This document shows positions 12,331 to 24,662 of a DNA stretch of 64,000 bases, in pieces. Made by a program: the position numbers and the translations under genes. The notes beneath the pieces were generated by a model. The model worked only from the letters and a program-made list of their open reading frames with translations, was not told the origin of the DNA and did no database searches. How positions within the stretch are numbered: the stretch's first letter is position 1; every line of letters begins with the position of its first letter. The stretch comes from Octopus bimaculoides (lineage: Eukaryota), in assembly GCF_001194135.2 (NCBI RefSeq), contig NC_068988.1:3949641-4013640 (forward strand), in the 5' to 3' direction.

Positions 12331-12849
12331 TTAGAAAGTCATCTTAAATTAATTGAAATTTTCTTTCCTCTCTCTCCAAACTTTTCATGATATGGACACA
12401 AGACTTCCAGTAGTGTGAAACTGAGTCAAACTTCTATTAAATAAAATATAAATCTCATCATTATCCGCATTTTTGCTGTTATCATCATCATCATCATCAT
12501 CATTATTGCTATCATCATCATCGTCATCATTATCGCCATCAACATCATCATCATCATTTTACTGTCCTCATTTCCATGGTTGTATGAGTTGGACTAGATT
12601 CATTGATGCAGATTTTCTATCGTCAAAAGCTCTTAGTATCACCAAACTATTTCTAAGTAAGCTAATATTTCTTCCATGAGTGGATATGTTGTCATACAAG
12701 ACTGATAATGAATAGCCCCATCACCATCGCCACCACCACTTATATGACAGTGAAACTCATTTACAACTATCATGTGGTGTGAAGACAAGGTGGCACACAC
12801 TCATGCACACACACACATATGCACACTCATGCACACACACACACATGTA

Positions 12850-13184
12850 TGTATTACCCATGCCAATGACATGTAAAAAGTACCATTCAAGCATGGTCAA
12901 TGCCAGTGCCGCATGACTGGCACCTGTGCTGGTGGCAGGTAAGAAACATCATTTGAGCATGACCTATGCCAGTGCTGCCTGACTGGCTCCCATGAGAGTG
13001 TCATGTAAAAACACTTTTTACACTCTCAGAGTGTTTGGCATTAGGAAGGGCATCCAGCTGTAGAAACCTTGCCAAATCAGATTGAAGCCTGGTGCAGACT
13101 CCCAGCTTGCCAGTTCTCAGTAAAACTGTCCAACCCATGCCAGCATGGAAAGTGGACGTTAAACAACGATGATGATGATAATGA

Positions 13185-13190
<6 letters not shown>
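12850..13190 (+). mobile_element. family R retroposon copy with internal ~65-nt units
   Basis: GGCATTAGGAAGGGCATCCAGC..CCAACCCATGCCAGCATGGAAAGTGGACGTTAAAC(GAT)n tail. Confidence 0.8.
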
Positions 13191-13224
<34 letters not shown>

Positions 13225-13535
13225 TAAACGTCTTTCAGCTTCGAATATATCAAATCCTCTCATGTTTTTTCCCAAAGGTGCGCTGAGACTGAACTTAAAA
13301 CCTTGTGGTTGGGAAGCAAATTTCTCAAACCAGTCATAAATATAAAAGTATACATGTGTATCTGTGTGTATGCATTAATGCATGCATCTGTGTATGTATG
13401 CACGTATGTATTTATGTAGTATGTATGCATGTATGTATTATATATGTATCGTGAATGTGTGTATGCATCATATATATATGTATGTGCCATGTGTGTATGT
13501 ATGTGTGTGTGTATGTATGTGTGTTTCTATGTATG

Positions 13536-13566
<31 letters not shown>

Positions 13567-14124
13567 GAAATATAAACAAAAAATTGAAATGTCTGATGTA
13601 TTAAATATTGTGCTATACATTTGTAAACAAGAAATTTAGGATCAGAATTAACTATGAATCCTCTTGTGGAAATCAATCAACATATATATTGATCACTGGG
13701 CAAACAGACCCTCATTTACCAATATGTTTCTCACTGAAATTGTTTACAACTGGATAACATTTAATATTGTTTACACACACACAAATATCAATTAATGCTT
13801 TCAAAATTGTCAAGCTGAAACTTAACTCTTGTTTCTGTAAATAGGTGAAAGATAGAGAAAAAGAAGAAGAAAAGATAGTATTCCCTTGTAACTTTCTAAG
13901 AAATCCCAGTAACCATTCTTTCTACTTCAATATACAAAGCTGTGCGGGTACACCAAGCAATTCCGGTTTTAATTCTCTATCCACTCAATCATTCCACAAT
14001 GTAAATATGAGTTCAACTGACTAGTGAATAGTTATCACTTATTTTAAGAAGCCCTATAAAGCTAGTACTCTTGATGTGGTGGGCATGGTAATTTGAATTA
14101 ATCATGATTATGCCAATGGGAACA

Positions 14125-14545
14125 AATCACCATAGCAGAACAATACTAAATTCAGTCAGAGTTTCCCAACCACAATGTTCTGGGTTTAATCCCACAGCAT
14201 GGCACCTTGGACAAGTGTCTTCCACTGTAGCTTCAGACTCACCAAAGCATTGTGAGTGGATTTCATAGATAGAAACTGAAAGAAGCCTATCGTATGTGTG
14301 TTTGCATGTGTATGTGTGTGCATGCATGCATGAGTTTGAGTGTGTGTCTTAATGCCTGTGTTTGTCCTCTACCATCACTTGACAACCAGTGTCGATGTGT
14401 TTACATCTTTGTAACTTAGTGGTTCAGCAAAGAGACTGATAGTATTAGTACCAGATTTCAAAAAACTGAATACTGAGGTCAATTCATTCAACTAAAATTC
14501 CTGAAAGTAGTACTCTAGCATGGCCACATTTTAATGACTGAAAAT
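14125..14545 (+). mobile_element. SINE family C copy
   Basis: CCCAACCACAATGTTCTGGGTTTAATCCCAC..GGACAAGTGTCTT..GAAACTGAAAGAAGCC, shared with 34120-34322, 48240-48368 and 54043-54385. Confidence 0.75.
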
Positions 14546-14589
14546 AGAAAATAAAAGATAGAAGATATATATATATACATATATATATA

Positions 14590-14730
14590 TATATGGTATT
14601 AGGAAAGGCATCCATCTGTAGAAACGAAGTGAAAGCCAGACTGGATCCTGGTGCAACTCTCTGGCTTGCCAATTCCAGTCACACCATCTAACCCATGCCA
14701 GCATGGAAAGCAGACGTTAAATGATAATGA
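14590..14730 (+). mobile_element. family R 3' tail fragment
   Basis: TTAGGAAAGGCATCCATC..ACCCATGCCAGCATGGAAAGCAGACGTTAAATGAT. Confidence 0.75.
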
Positions 14731-14771
14731 TGAGGAAGTTGATCATGATATATATAATTACTTTTTCAAAG

Positions 14772-14859
14772 GAGAAGACGTATTGGAGTTTCAGTTATTT
14801 AAAACTAGGCATAGGTTATGGGTTGCAAGGGACACGATTCCAATCCTCTGGACGATCCA
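14772..14859 (+). CDS. candidate internal exon, unknown protein ((G)EDVLEFQLFKTRHRLWVARDTIPILWTI)
   Basis: acceptor TACTTTTTCAAAG|, open frame, possible donor CCA|GTAACA; no homology recognised. Confidence 0.2.
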
Positions 14860-15957
14860 GTAACACCTTGTAGGTGTTTATATTTCATTTGACCGCTACC
14901 TCAACAAAATTGTGGTCATTCACATGTCTCACACATCAAATGAGAAAAACAGCAATATACACATATACATAGACTGTATATACATTGCTGCAATAAAACA
15001 ACATAAAGTCTGAGAGAAAATAGCCAAGGATATAATATGCACGGAAAATAAGTTATGGAGTAAGCACTAACCCTTAGTTCAACACCATATATGGGATTCA
15101 ATCCATGAGTGCATGTATGTGTGTATGTATAAATAAATGTATGTATGTATGCATGTATGAATGTGCATATGTGTATATGTATGAATGTGTGTATGTATGC
15201 ATGTTTGTTTATATGTATGTATATATGTAAGTGTGCAGTAAATCTACTGGGAGTGAGGGATGCTTAGCTGTGAACACAGCATCCTTCTATGAGAATGACA
15301 CTGTGATGTGAAATCTTTAGTTTCACATGATTACTGGTCTTCTCACTTTGATCTGTCACCAGGGATGAATCACTGAAGCTCAGAGAGTGGACCTCATTTT
15401 ATACAAGCATATATTACAATAATCCAATGACGCACAGATGTCTCTTTTTGGTGACCTCTGGCAATGGAAGGGTGGTCACATGTGTGCAGACCTAACCAGT
15501 TGGAAGCACACAGTAAGTCACAACTTTCATCCATCACTTATGCTTCAAACCATGCAAATCCGTAGCAAGAATGAATAGTCATCTGAGAGGTCATGGACAG
15601 AAAGTCTGAGATGCCATTGACAATGAGTTAGAACAGGGAAACAGCGATCATCTGTGAAGATGGAGCAATCACCAGGTATACATAGACTGTCTTTAGTTTA
15701 GCTGTAGATCAATAAGTCCAGGTAGTGGAATAAGTTTGTAATTCTATGAAACAAAACAACAAATCATGGAAAGAATCTACTCCATTATAGACATAGTGTT
15801 TACTTAGCAGAAAAGAAGAATTTAATTACACCAACAAAAACTGATAGAAAGAAGAACAGAATTGTTATAATTAATAGAGCCTAAACAAAGCTGAATAAAT
15901 ACTGTTTTATTTGTATTCCTTTATGGTGATAAAAAAAAAATATATTAATGTTGATGC

Positions 15958-16061
15958 ATCTAAACTTACAACCTCTCCCAATTTATTAGGAACAGAATGA
16001 AAACTTTAATAAAAATATATCTAAACTTATAACCTGTTTCAATTTATTAGGAACAGAATGT
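15958..16061 (+). repeat. local tandem duplication, period 61 nt
   Basis: ATCTAAACTTA(C/T)AACCT..CAATTTATTAGGAACAGAATG at 15958 and 16019. Confidence 0.9.
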
Positions 16062-17664
16062 AAAATGTGTTCAATATTGAAGGCAACAATAAAAATCTAT
16101 ATTTCCAGTCTTAATTTTGTTTCGTGATAGGAAGGATTATTTCTTTCATAATGTAACTATATATTCTAATGAAGTGGTTTTATAACAATGCTTTACATCA
16201 AGAACTTGTCAATTATAAGATGTTTAAAGAACATTGCTGGAGAGATGAGGTTTCAAATTATATTGGTACAATTGTCCACAGATAAAATGAAACAGAAAAA
16301 ATTCTATAGATATCAACACAATATATTACTGATTGAAGACAACGATTTCAATAGGAAGAACCCTATATACAGACAAATAGGGTCCAGCTACAGAAATGAG
16401 GATGGTGTGGGATGAGGTGGTGAGGACGGTGTCAGATGAGAAGTAGAGAGAATGTAGCATCTTCTGATACAGTTGTTCATTTGTTGAGATTATCATGGTT
16501 GCTTGGTGGCAGACTGCATAAATTATTTAATGGAATTTTGCAGGAATGTACAGCAACAGCAACATGCACGTTACACATGTTTGGTAGTTCATCTTTATTG
16601 AACTTCAAAACCATTTCAATTATAATATTCAGTACAATCAGCTTCAGTTTTGAGAATCTGATAATGTTATATTTGCTTTGAATTATCTTCTGCAAATGTT
16701 AATGAATTGAATTTCATGCAACATGTCCATGAATAATTTTATTTCAATTGTTGGTGTAATTTTATAAGAACTATTTTGAAATACAACAAAGTCCAATGAT
16801 TTTCTAGTGCTTCTATCATTTCTTTAATAAAAAGAAAATAGTCTATTCACTTTATTATTTTTCTCAATGAATGCTCTGAAGATGAAGTCCTTATTCTACT
16901 GAAATCAATCTTTGCCATGAAAAGTTTGTTTTTAATTTCATTTTATCATTTTTTTTAATGTTTTTCTGTAGAAGGATGAAAGAACATAAAAGAGAAGTGT
17001 TGATCTCCACTTCAAAGTCATTCAGATCATGAAGCAGAAGGCTAAGGGAACAGAGGTACACATTAAAGAAGTTACTAAAAAGGGCAGCAAGTGTATTTGC
17101 GAATAATTTAGAGAAAAATGTCAAACAAGCAAATGTTTCTAGCTACCTGAAGAATCTGTTGACTAATTCTTTTGACATTCTGTTAAAAAAATTGTTTTCT
17201 GGCTAAACTTTATTTGAAATTATCTTCAAGGATAAATTACACTCTAAAAGACTGTATCAACCAGGTGAAAATAAAGAGAATTATTTTTACACAGAGAAAC
17301 AATACACAACATCACAAATATAGTGAGTGGACAACAAAGATATTCTATCATGTTTATGGTTGGTGAAAATATTAAGAGTTCATATAAAGAAAGAAATATG
17401 TAATGAAAGACACAGATTTAAAATATATTAAATATTGTACATATTTAAACTTGTTTTAGTGTCAAACGCACTAATGTCTAAATAACAAGATCATAAAGAG
17501 TTCTTTGTTCTTTTTACAGCTGTAAACTTTTCCATTCTTAACCTCAAGTGACCTTACTGTTACCACCACAAAGATAATAATGGTAAAAATTGTTTTGGAA
17601 TTTGGCACAAGAATACACCCTTGTAGGGAAAAAAAAATATAGTCAATGCACCAACCATATATAC

Positions 17665-17718
<54 letters not shown>

Positions 17719-18759
17719 ATATATATATATAATCAGTACATACTTTATGGGTCCCAGAGGAATTAACTAAATATTGAAAGACATTTTGTTCAAATAATAA
17801 TAATAGTCACAATGTCTCTCATTATTTTGCTTTTTAAGAAATGGAGCAGTACTCTCAAGCCAAATGCCTATCAACCCCAGAAAGATAAAAGTTGACCCAG
17901 ATGTAATTTTACCAAAAAAAACAAAAAAAAAACATGAAAGAATGTAACTAAACGCCACCTATCAGCAAGTAACTATAATAATTATTATTGTTAAGACTGA
18001 CAAACACTTTACTGCAGGAGTTATGGTGTTGATAATTCTCTCATTTGTTAAACTCAAATTTTATTATTATGTGCAACAAAAGAACTGAAGACCAAACTAA
18101 ATATAACAAATGGTGTGTGACTTAGGAGATGAAAATGTTATAAAATAGTTTAGAAATAGATGTTACTCGATCAGATCTAGTTTAGTATTATGTACATCTA
18201 AATAAAATCTTATAATGATCATAGAAATAAACCAGTTGAAACAATGTAAATATATGGAATATTTCAACTCTTAAGACAGGATAAATACTTCGAATCATTG
18301 TTATATTATTTTGGCAAGTGTTTTGAAAAATTGTGAAGATTCTTAAAAATGTAAATACCCAAACAGTTGAGATGTGGATCTCACAGAAAAGACTTACCAA
18401 TTTCCTATTTCAACTTTGTAAAATAACTTTTTGAAGTAAGAAAGAATTTCAAGATATTTTTTTAACCATATGTATAGGAAAAATTCTTTCTTTCCATAAA
18501 ACAATGGAATTAGAACATTTTTGAAAGAAATTTAGTTCTGAAAAGCTTAGTAAAATATTTTTGGCAGAGTTTCAGATTATGCAACTTTTATTTTGCATAA
18601 AAAAACAATAGTCTTTAGATATTTATGCCTTAAACATCAGGGATTTAGAATAGAATTTTTTAATTATTCAGTAAAATTTCTTCTTTCTAGAAAACTTTTC
18701 CCCACATTTTTGAGTAGAATACTCCAGTACCTAATAATTAACAATATTGAATAAAACTA

Positions 18760-19255
18760 AAAATTCTTGAGATCCCCTATCAAGCAGCATGGCTGAAAAT
18801 CCTGTCCTGATTATTATTTCTGCTCTAAACACCATTGGTAACATCAACAAAAGGTAATTATTGTTTTTGAACTATTTTTGCATAAAATTTTTCTCAATTT
18901 GGACTCCATGCTTACAACCACTGATACACACCATGACATTTCCTGGGACACATTTCATAAGCACTGAATTACTGCTTCAGAACCAGAATTATTCAGTGAC
19001 ATAGAACAAGGTCAGTGGAACTTCACATCACAATGTCAAAGACCATCTGAAATACGAAAGACATTGTCAATTTAGATTTTTCTAGAAATGTGTTGCTTTG
19101 TATAGAAAGTGTCTTTTTCCACTTTCAGCCTCTCCAAATAATAACATCAAGATATCTCTGAGATTGTTGCATTGGTGCATTATGACTACGTACACACAGC
19201 TTGTCATTAGCAATAATGTGTTTCTCTTGTAAAAACTGTACAACAGTGTTCACTG
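18760..19255 (-). pseudogene. decayed Merlin/ISXO2-like transposase N-terminal fragment
   Basis: VQFLQEKHIIANDKLC..DVIIWRG*KWKKTLSIQSNTFLEKSKL resembles the Merlin WRC..C....SIR..TFFE.SKL block. Confidence 0.45.
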
Positions 19256-20568
19256 CCAAATTGTTAAATATTTCCATTCATGGAGGAACCATTTAGAATT
19301 GTCACAGACAGATTATAAGAAAGTGAAAGAGTACAATACCAAGCCTTTCGCAACTCCTGTTACTTTCATTATAGAAAGTGGAACAGAACTATGCTACACT
19401 TTCAATATTGAATACACATTCTCCTTATTTGGTTTTGGTATTTTGCTCTGTAAAATATTCTTGTTGAAAGTTGATTACTGATGTTTTCATTATCCAATAC
19501 AAATTACTTTATTTGGCTTAGGAATTTCACTTGCAAATGCTGAAAAAGCAAAATCTGTAGATTCTGAATGTATGTATAAGCAAAAAGTTATAGGACTGAG
19601 TTGTTGTACATGATCCAAACAATCTCCACCATATTTTTCTCATTTTACTTCATTTGGTAGAAACAAGAGAGTGACAATCTCATTTGGTAGAAAACAAGAG
19701 AGTAACTCATACTGAGTTACACTTGGTGTGTTTAACGATAGAGTTTGTGCACTGAGTTGTATTTTGTGTTCGGTTTCTCCAATGCTAAATAGCTCTGATA
19801 GCGTGAAAAATGTTTTGAGGTATGTATTAGCTAAACAGATAATGTTTATAATATCATTCTGCTTATGTACCTATGTATGTAATGTTATTAAATGGTCAGT
19901 TTAAGATAGAGGCAAAGAAGGCGAGAAGAGTGCTTAGCAGAGGAGAATGTGTTTCCCAGAAGGAAATGCAGTTGTGATGAAAGATAGGAGAAAGGAGCAA
20001 TGGGATCATATTAAGCAATGATTAGTTAAAGGGGGGGGTGAGGACAAAAGAAGACAAGGAAAGAGAGATGAGTGTTTACTGCAAGAAGTGTGGCTGCGGT
20101 GAGAGGTTAAAAAAGAACAGAACACTATTTATATACATACAATCACACACACGATATGCTGAGAGTTGTAGTAGCTGTTAAAGTAATGGTGGTAGGTATA
20201 TTGGTTAATGAAGGTGAGGTGGCGATGGTTGTAAGATAGCAAAAATGGAATTCTTTTGTTTTTTATTGAATATTTTTTTCAGTCATCAAACAATTAAAGC
20301 TTGTACGTTTGTGCTAATAACGATCATGTGCTAAGCTAAACTTTCATATTTGTTTCTGTACATTATTCTGCTGCTGTCGTCTATGTTATGTAAAGCTTCC
20401 TCTGACTATGGAAAGAAATCAATGACATAAAATTTATATTATTCATACGACTAATGAACAAGGAAACAAAATCAAGCACATAATCTATAAGAGATACACT
20501 GTTTATATTGTTTATAAGGTAATTGACTGATGAATAAATATTTTAAAACCAAGTATGGTATGTGTGTT

Positions 20569-20609
<41 letters not shown>

Positions 20610-20734
20610 ACATATATATGTACATATATACATAAAACATATATATATATACATATATTTATATATGTATGTATGTAGGGATGAATGGATGGATGGATGG
20701 ATGGATGGATGGATGTCTATGGACAATAAACTTT

Positions 20735-21252
20735 ACTTGTGAAGACCTATTGAGGCAAGTGTAAGCAAATCAAAATCGCTGACATGGCCGATGACTACCA
20801 CCTGATTGGCACTCGTGCCAGTGGAACGTTGAAGGCACATCTGAACGTGATCGTTGCCAAGGTCATCGATTGACTCCTGTGTCAGTGACATGTGAAAAGC
20901 ACCATTTGAGCGTGATCATTACCAGCATCGCCTTACTGGCACATATGCCGGTGGCACATGGAAAACAACATTTGAGCGTGGTCATTGCCAGTGCTGCTGG
21001 ACTGGCTTCCATGCAGGTAGCACATAAAAACATCTTTTGAGTGTGGTCGTTGCCAGAACCGCCTGACTGGCCCTCGTACTGGTGGCACATAAAAAGCACT
21101 CAGAGTAGCTGGCATTAGGAAGGGTATCCAGCCATAGAAACCATGCCAAATCAGACTGGAGTCTGATACAACTTTCAAGCTTGCCAGCCCTGGTCTAACT
21201 GCCTAACCCATGCTAGCATGGACAATGGACGTTAAATGATGATGATGATAAG
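20735..21252 (+). mobile_element. family R retroposon, long copy with four to five ~65-nt internal tandem units
   Basis: units ..GGCACAT..AAAAGCACC.TTTGAGCGTG.TC.TTGCCAG.., then the RTE-type tail ending (GAT)n. Confidence 0.85.
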
Positions 21253-21841
21253 ATTTTGTCCAAGGTGCATGAATCAACTGAAAGTTATAGCAGAAGATAC
21301 TTGCTCAAGGTTCCAGTGAAATTGAACTCAGGACTACATATTAAATATTCAACCACATATCTGAACCTATATTACTGATACTATTCTTTTATAATCCACA
21401 ACTCAGTAGGGTAACAATTACACTTTGTTCACTGGACTACTGTATAATCTACTGGTATAATCTTTTCTGTGATACGAGGATGTAAGATTTGTGAAAGCTT
21501 TACCAATCTAAGCATACATTGTAATATAGATTATGTCCTCTATTTTGCTCCATACTTAAGATTGCTTACTTCTTGATGTAAAGTGAACAGATAAGAGATA
21601 ACAGCTCCCAGTACAGGAGACAGACAGTTTTTAAAGATGCCCCTTTCAAATACTGAACCTTCAATACATTGTGAACTTTTACACCAGCACAAGAATTAAA
21701 CATTCCAGAAAAAATATTATTTCAAAAGGAATTATATATTTTGTGGTTTTTATAAACTTCCAATAATCTTAAAGTTTTCAAAATAACCATTGTATTTTTA
21801 TGGATACAACTAGTAATATAAGAATCTCTTTCAAATTACAG

Positions 21842-21954
21842 TCTACCGACTTCAACCGAAGAGGGAAGGAGGACACACTGGATGTTTATTTGCTAAAAGA
21901 CAGAGTTTTCATGATTGGCAAACCTTTGATCATAAATTCGCTCCATCAGTGCTA
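21842..21954 (+). CDS. candidate exon, unknown protein ((V)YRLQPKREGGHTGCLFAKRQSFHDWQTFDHKFAPSVL)
   Basis: acceptor CTCTTTCAAATTACAG|, 113 nt (phase 1 to phase 0), donor CTA|GTATGA, complex non-repetitive composition with retained CpGs. Confidence 0.35.
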
Positions 21955-23109
21955 GTATGAAGTCAAGCAACAATATGAGAATTTAATAATAATAGCAAAT
22001 ACAGAGTGATCAGGTAAAGGCATATGAAAAGAAAAAGATGATCCTAAGAAGACAGAGAATACACAACTATGGAGATCTGCTTTGATGTGTGCCGAAACAT
22101 TAACAAACATTTCTTACAGAGGCAGAAGCCTAATTCATGATCATGGAGAGGTGAAAATGTATTAACAAGGTGGGCACTCTCACTGTGAGTGCTTTCCTGC
22201 GGTAAATGATGTTTTTAGCTTACTTTTACTTCAAATTACTATTAAATAAAATTAAACTGAAACTAAAAATTGCTAAAAAACAACACCAAATAGACAAAAT
22301 GTTTGATAAATAATAATGTTCATACAAGCAACAAATTATTATTCATTCCATTTTGGTAACTAGTTTCATACTTTGATCAAATTTAAAACTATGCAATACA
22401 TATTTTATATCAATTTTAAATGCCAATCAATAAATTAAAAGCTTTATCAATCGGTTTTTTTTTTTTGTCTTTCTTTTCCTAATTTTCCAGTGGAAAATCA
22501 ATGAAATATGTGGGTTGTAGTTCATCTGTTTTAACTTGTATTTGTACTGCATCTCCCCTTTTCCAATAGGATGCTAGGTGTCATTGATAGGAGGGTGAGT
22601 AATGTTGCTGATGTCATCAATATTAATGAATATACGGGTTGGTTTCAACATATTCTTCTTGACTGAATTTGCAGCAATGAAAGGATAAATAGTGGGATCA
22701 GAGAAAGAGCCACATCAATGTTGCACATGTCACCTGTACCATGAACAATGAATGTATTTCTCTGTCAATAGCAACAAACTATTCTACAGCAAATGTCAAA
22801 TTTACACTTTAAGATGATGTGTATTCTGCCTAAGACCCACAGCTCAGCTATCACAGCATAAATAATATTCTGTTTCATGGAGATATTGCCATGAATTCGA
22901 GAAAGAAATAAAACTAGCACAAACTGAAAATGAAATAATCATTTAATAAATCAAAAGACATTAATTCTAACCTTTTTTTATATTCCTCTCTACAAAATTA
23001 TGAACATGGTCCCTCAAACACACAAGTTCTAAATACAAACAACCTCTGTATAAACATTTTATATAAATTTTTAAGTATTGCAAGATACTTGGCTTCTACA
23101 CTGGGAATA

Positions 23110-23340
23110 TAAGTGTGCAAAGAGTGAGAGCCATGAGATGTGAAGTGACCGAGAATGATGACTTGAGAGATTGGTGAAGTAAGATATGAGAGAGGAAATG
23201 ACTGAAGAGAGATGTCAGTCATGGAAATAGTGCCACAGATAAAACAGATATATTTAGAGGAGTAAAAAGAGAAGGAGGTTTGATCTAGAATAGTTGGAAT
23301 TCATTACTGGTGATATCCAGGTGAGAAAGGCGAGTGACAG
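23110..23340 (-). pseudogene. possible LINE APE-endonuclease fragment
   Basis: SKYICFIC..LSYLTSPISQVIILGHFTSH resembles the APE ..IILGDFN.H motif. Confidence 0.3.
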
Positions 23341-23369
23341 GGAGAATCTATATAAGCATAGATTCAAAA

Positions 23370-23775
23370 AGGTCATAGAGCAGACTATGGAAACAACCGA
23401 AGAATATCTCTTCTATCAATAGCTGGAAAGATCTTGGCTCATATTTAATTAAATAGACTAAATAGGTATATTTCTCCAAATGTCTTACCTGAGACTCAGT
23501 GTGGTTTCTGTTGTGGAAGAAGCTCTGTGGACATGATCTTCTGTCTTGGCTAAATTCAGGAAAAATGCATTGAGTGGAACACGCCAATGTATATGTGTTC
23601 ATAGATTTCACAAAGGCTTTCAACACAGTATTTTGGGATGGATTTTGGGTGGTTCTTAAGAATTATGGATGTCCTTGAAAGTTCACCAACTTGGTCAGGT
23701 CTCTGAATGAAAGAATGCAGGCATTTGTAGTGCAAAATTACAATGCCTCAAGCAAGTTTGTAGTGACAAATGGTA
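23370..23775 (+). pseudogene. RTE-clade LINE reverse transcriptase fragment
   Basis: DYGNNRRISLLSIAGKILAHI*LNRL..LPETQCGF..GRSSVDMIF..IQEKCIEWNTP../VFIDFTKAFNTV..KNYGCP*KFTNLVRSL; stops and one frameshift. Confidence 0.9.
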
Positions 23776-23982
23776 CGTATACATGATTGTGTGCATGTGT
23801 ATATATGTATACATTGTGAACGCAGGTGGTTTATGTTTATGTATGTTATTTTTTGAGAATATGGTTGTGTGTATATTTTTTATATTTTTTTATATATTTT
23901 TATATTTTTATATTTTTTCTTTTCCATCTATTGAGTTACTTCCCTTATCTTTAACAGAGAGAGAGAGAGAGAGAGAGAGAGA

Positions 23983-24082
23983 NNNNNNNNNNNNNNNNNN
24001 NNNNNNNNNNNNNNNNNNNNNNNNNNNNNNNNNNNNNNNNNNNNNNNNNNNNNNNNNNNNNNNNNNNNNNNNNNNNNNNNNN
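23983..24082. other. assembly gap (N-run)
   Basis: 100 N. Confidence 1.
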
Positions 24083-24259
24083 ATTATTTACATTTGACAG
24101 ATATTTGTCCTCATCTTGTTTGTTGTTAACCAATGCTTCGGCTGATATACCCTCCAGCCTTCATCAGATGTCTTGGGGAAATTTCGAAACTGGGTTCTCA
24201 TTCCTAAGGTACTTTTTGATATTCTTCTTCTTCTTCTTCTTCTTCTTCTTCTTCTTCTT

Positions 24260-24321
<62 letters not shown>

Positions 24322-24662
24322 AATCACTTCCTGGAATCAAACTCGGAATCTAGGGGTTAGTCGCCCACTCTCTTAACCACTATGCCACATGCCCATGAAT
24401 TTTGACTCATTTGCCCACGGGCATATGGCGTAGTGGTTAAGAGCGCAGGCTACTAACCCCAAAATTCTGAGTTCAATTCCAGGTAGTGACATGAATAATA
24501 ATAATAATAATAATAATAACATCAAAAATTATCTTAGGAATGAGAACCCAGGTTCGAAATTTTCCCAAGACACCTGATGAAGGTTGGAGGGCATATCAGC
24601 CGAAACGTTGTGTTAACAACAAACAAGATGAGGACAAATATCCATCAGATGTAAATAATGTA
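24083..24662. mobile_element. palindromic (head-to-head) tRNA-headed, hammerhead-bearing element, copy 1
   Basis: left arm 24083-24397 is the reverse complement of right arm 24416-24662: GGCGTAGTGGTTAAGAGCGC..GAGTTCAATTCC, (AAT)n, TTAGGAATGAGAACCCAG.., hammerhead, ..GAGGACAAATATC.. Confidence 0.9.
24569..24614 (+). ncRNA. minimal type I hammerhead ribozyme motif
   Basis: stem I GACAC/GTGTT; core CTGATGA (24574-80) plus A; stem II GGTTG/CAGCC; GAAA; stem III AC/GT; GUU triplet, predicted cleavage after 24609. Confidence 0.75.

Noticed and set aside
20800-21100. Regularly spaced ~65-nt repeats, superficially like a CRISPR array
   Set aside because: Contiguous degenerate tandem units without unique spacers, inside a eukaryotic retroposon, with no cas genes
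24425-24485. tRNA-Ser(ACT)-like gene (also 32446-32520 and 61818-61880)
   Set aside because: Acceptor and anticodon stems do not close; multicopy and fused to repeat bodies, so these are SINE heads
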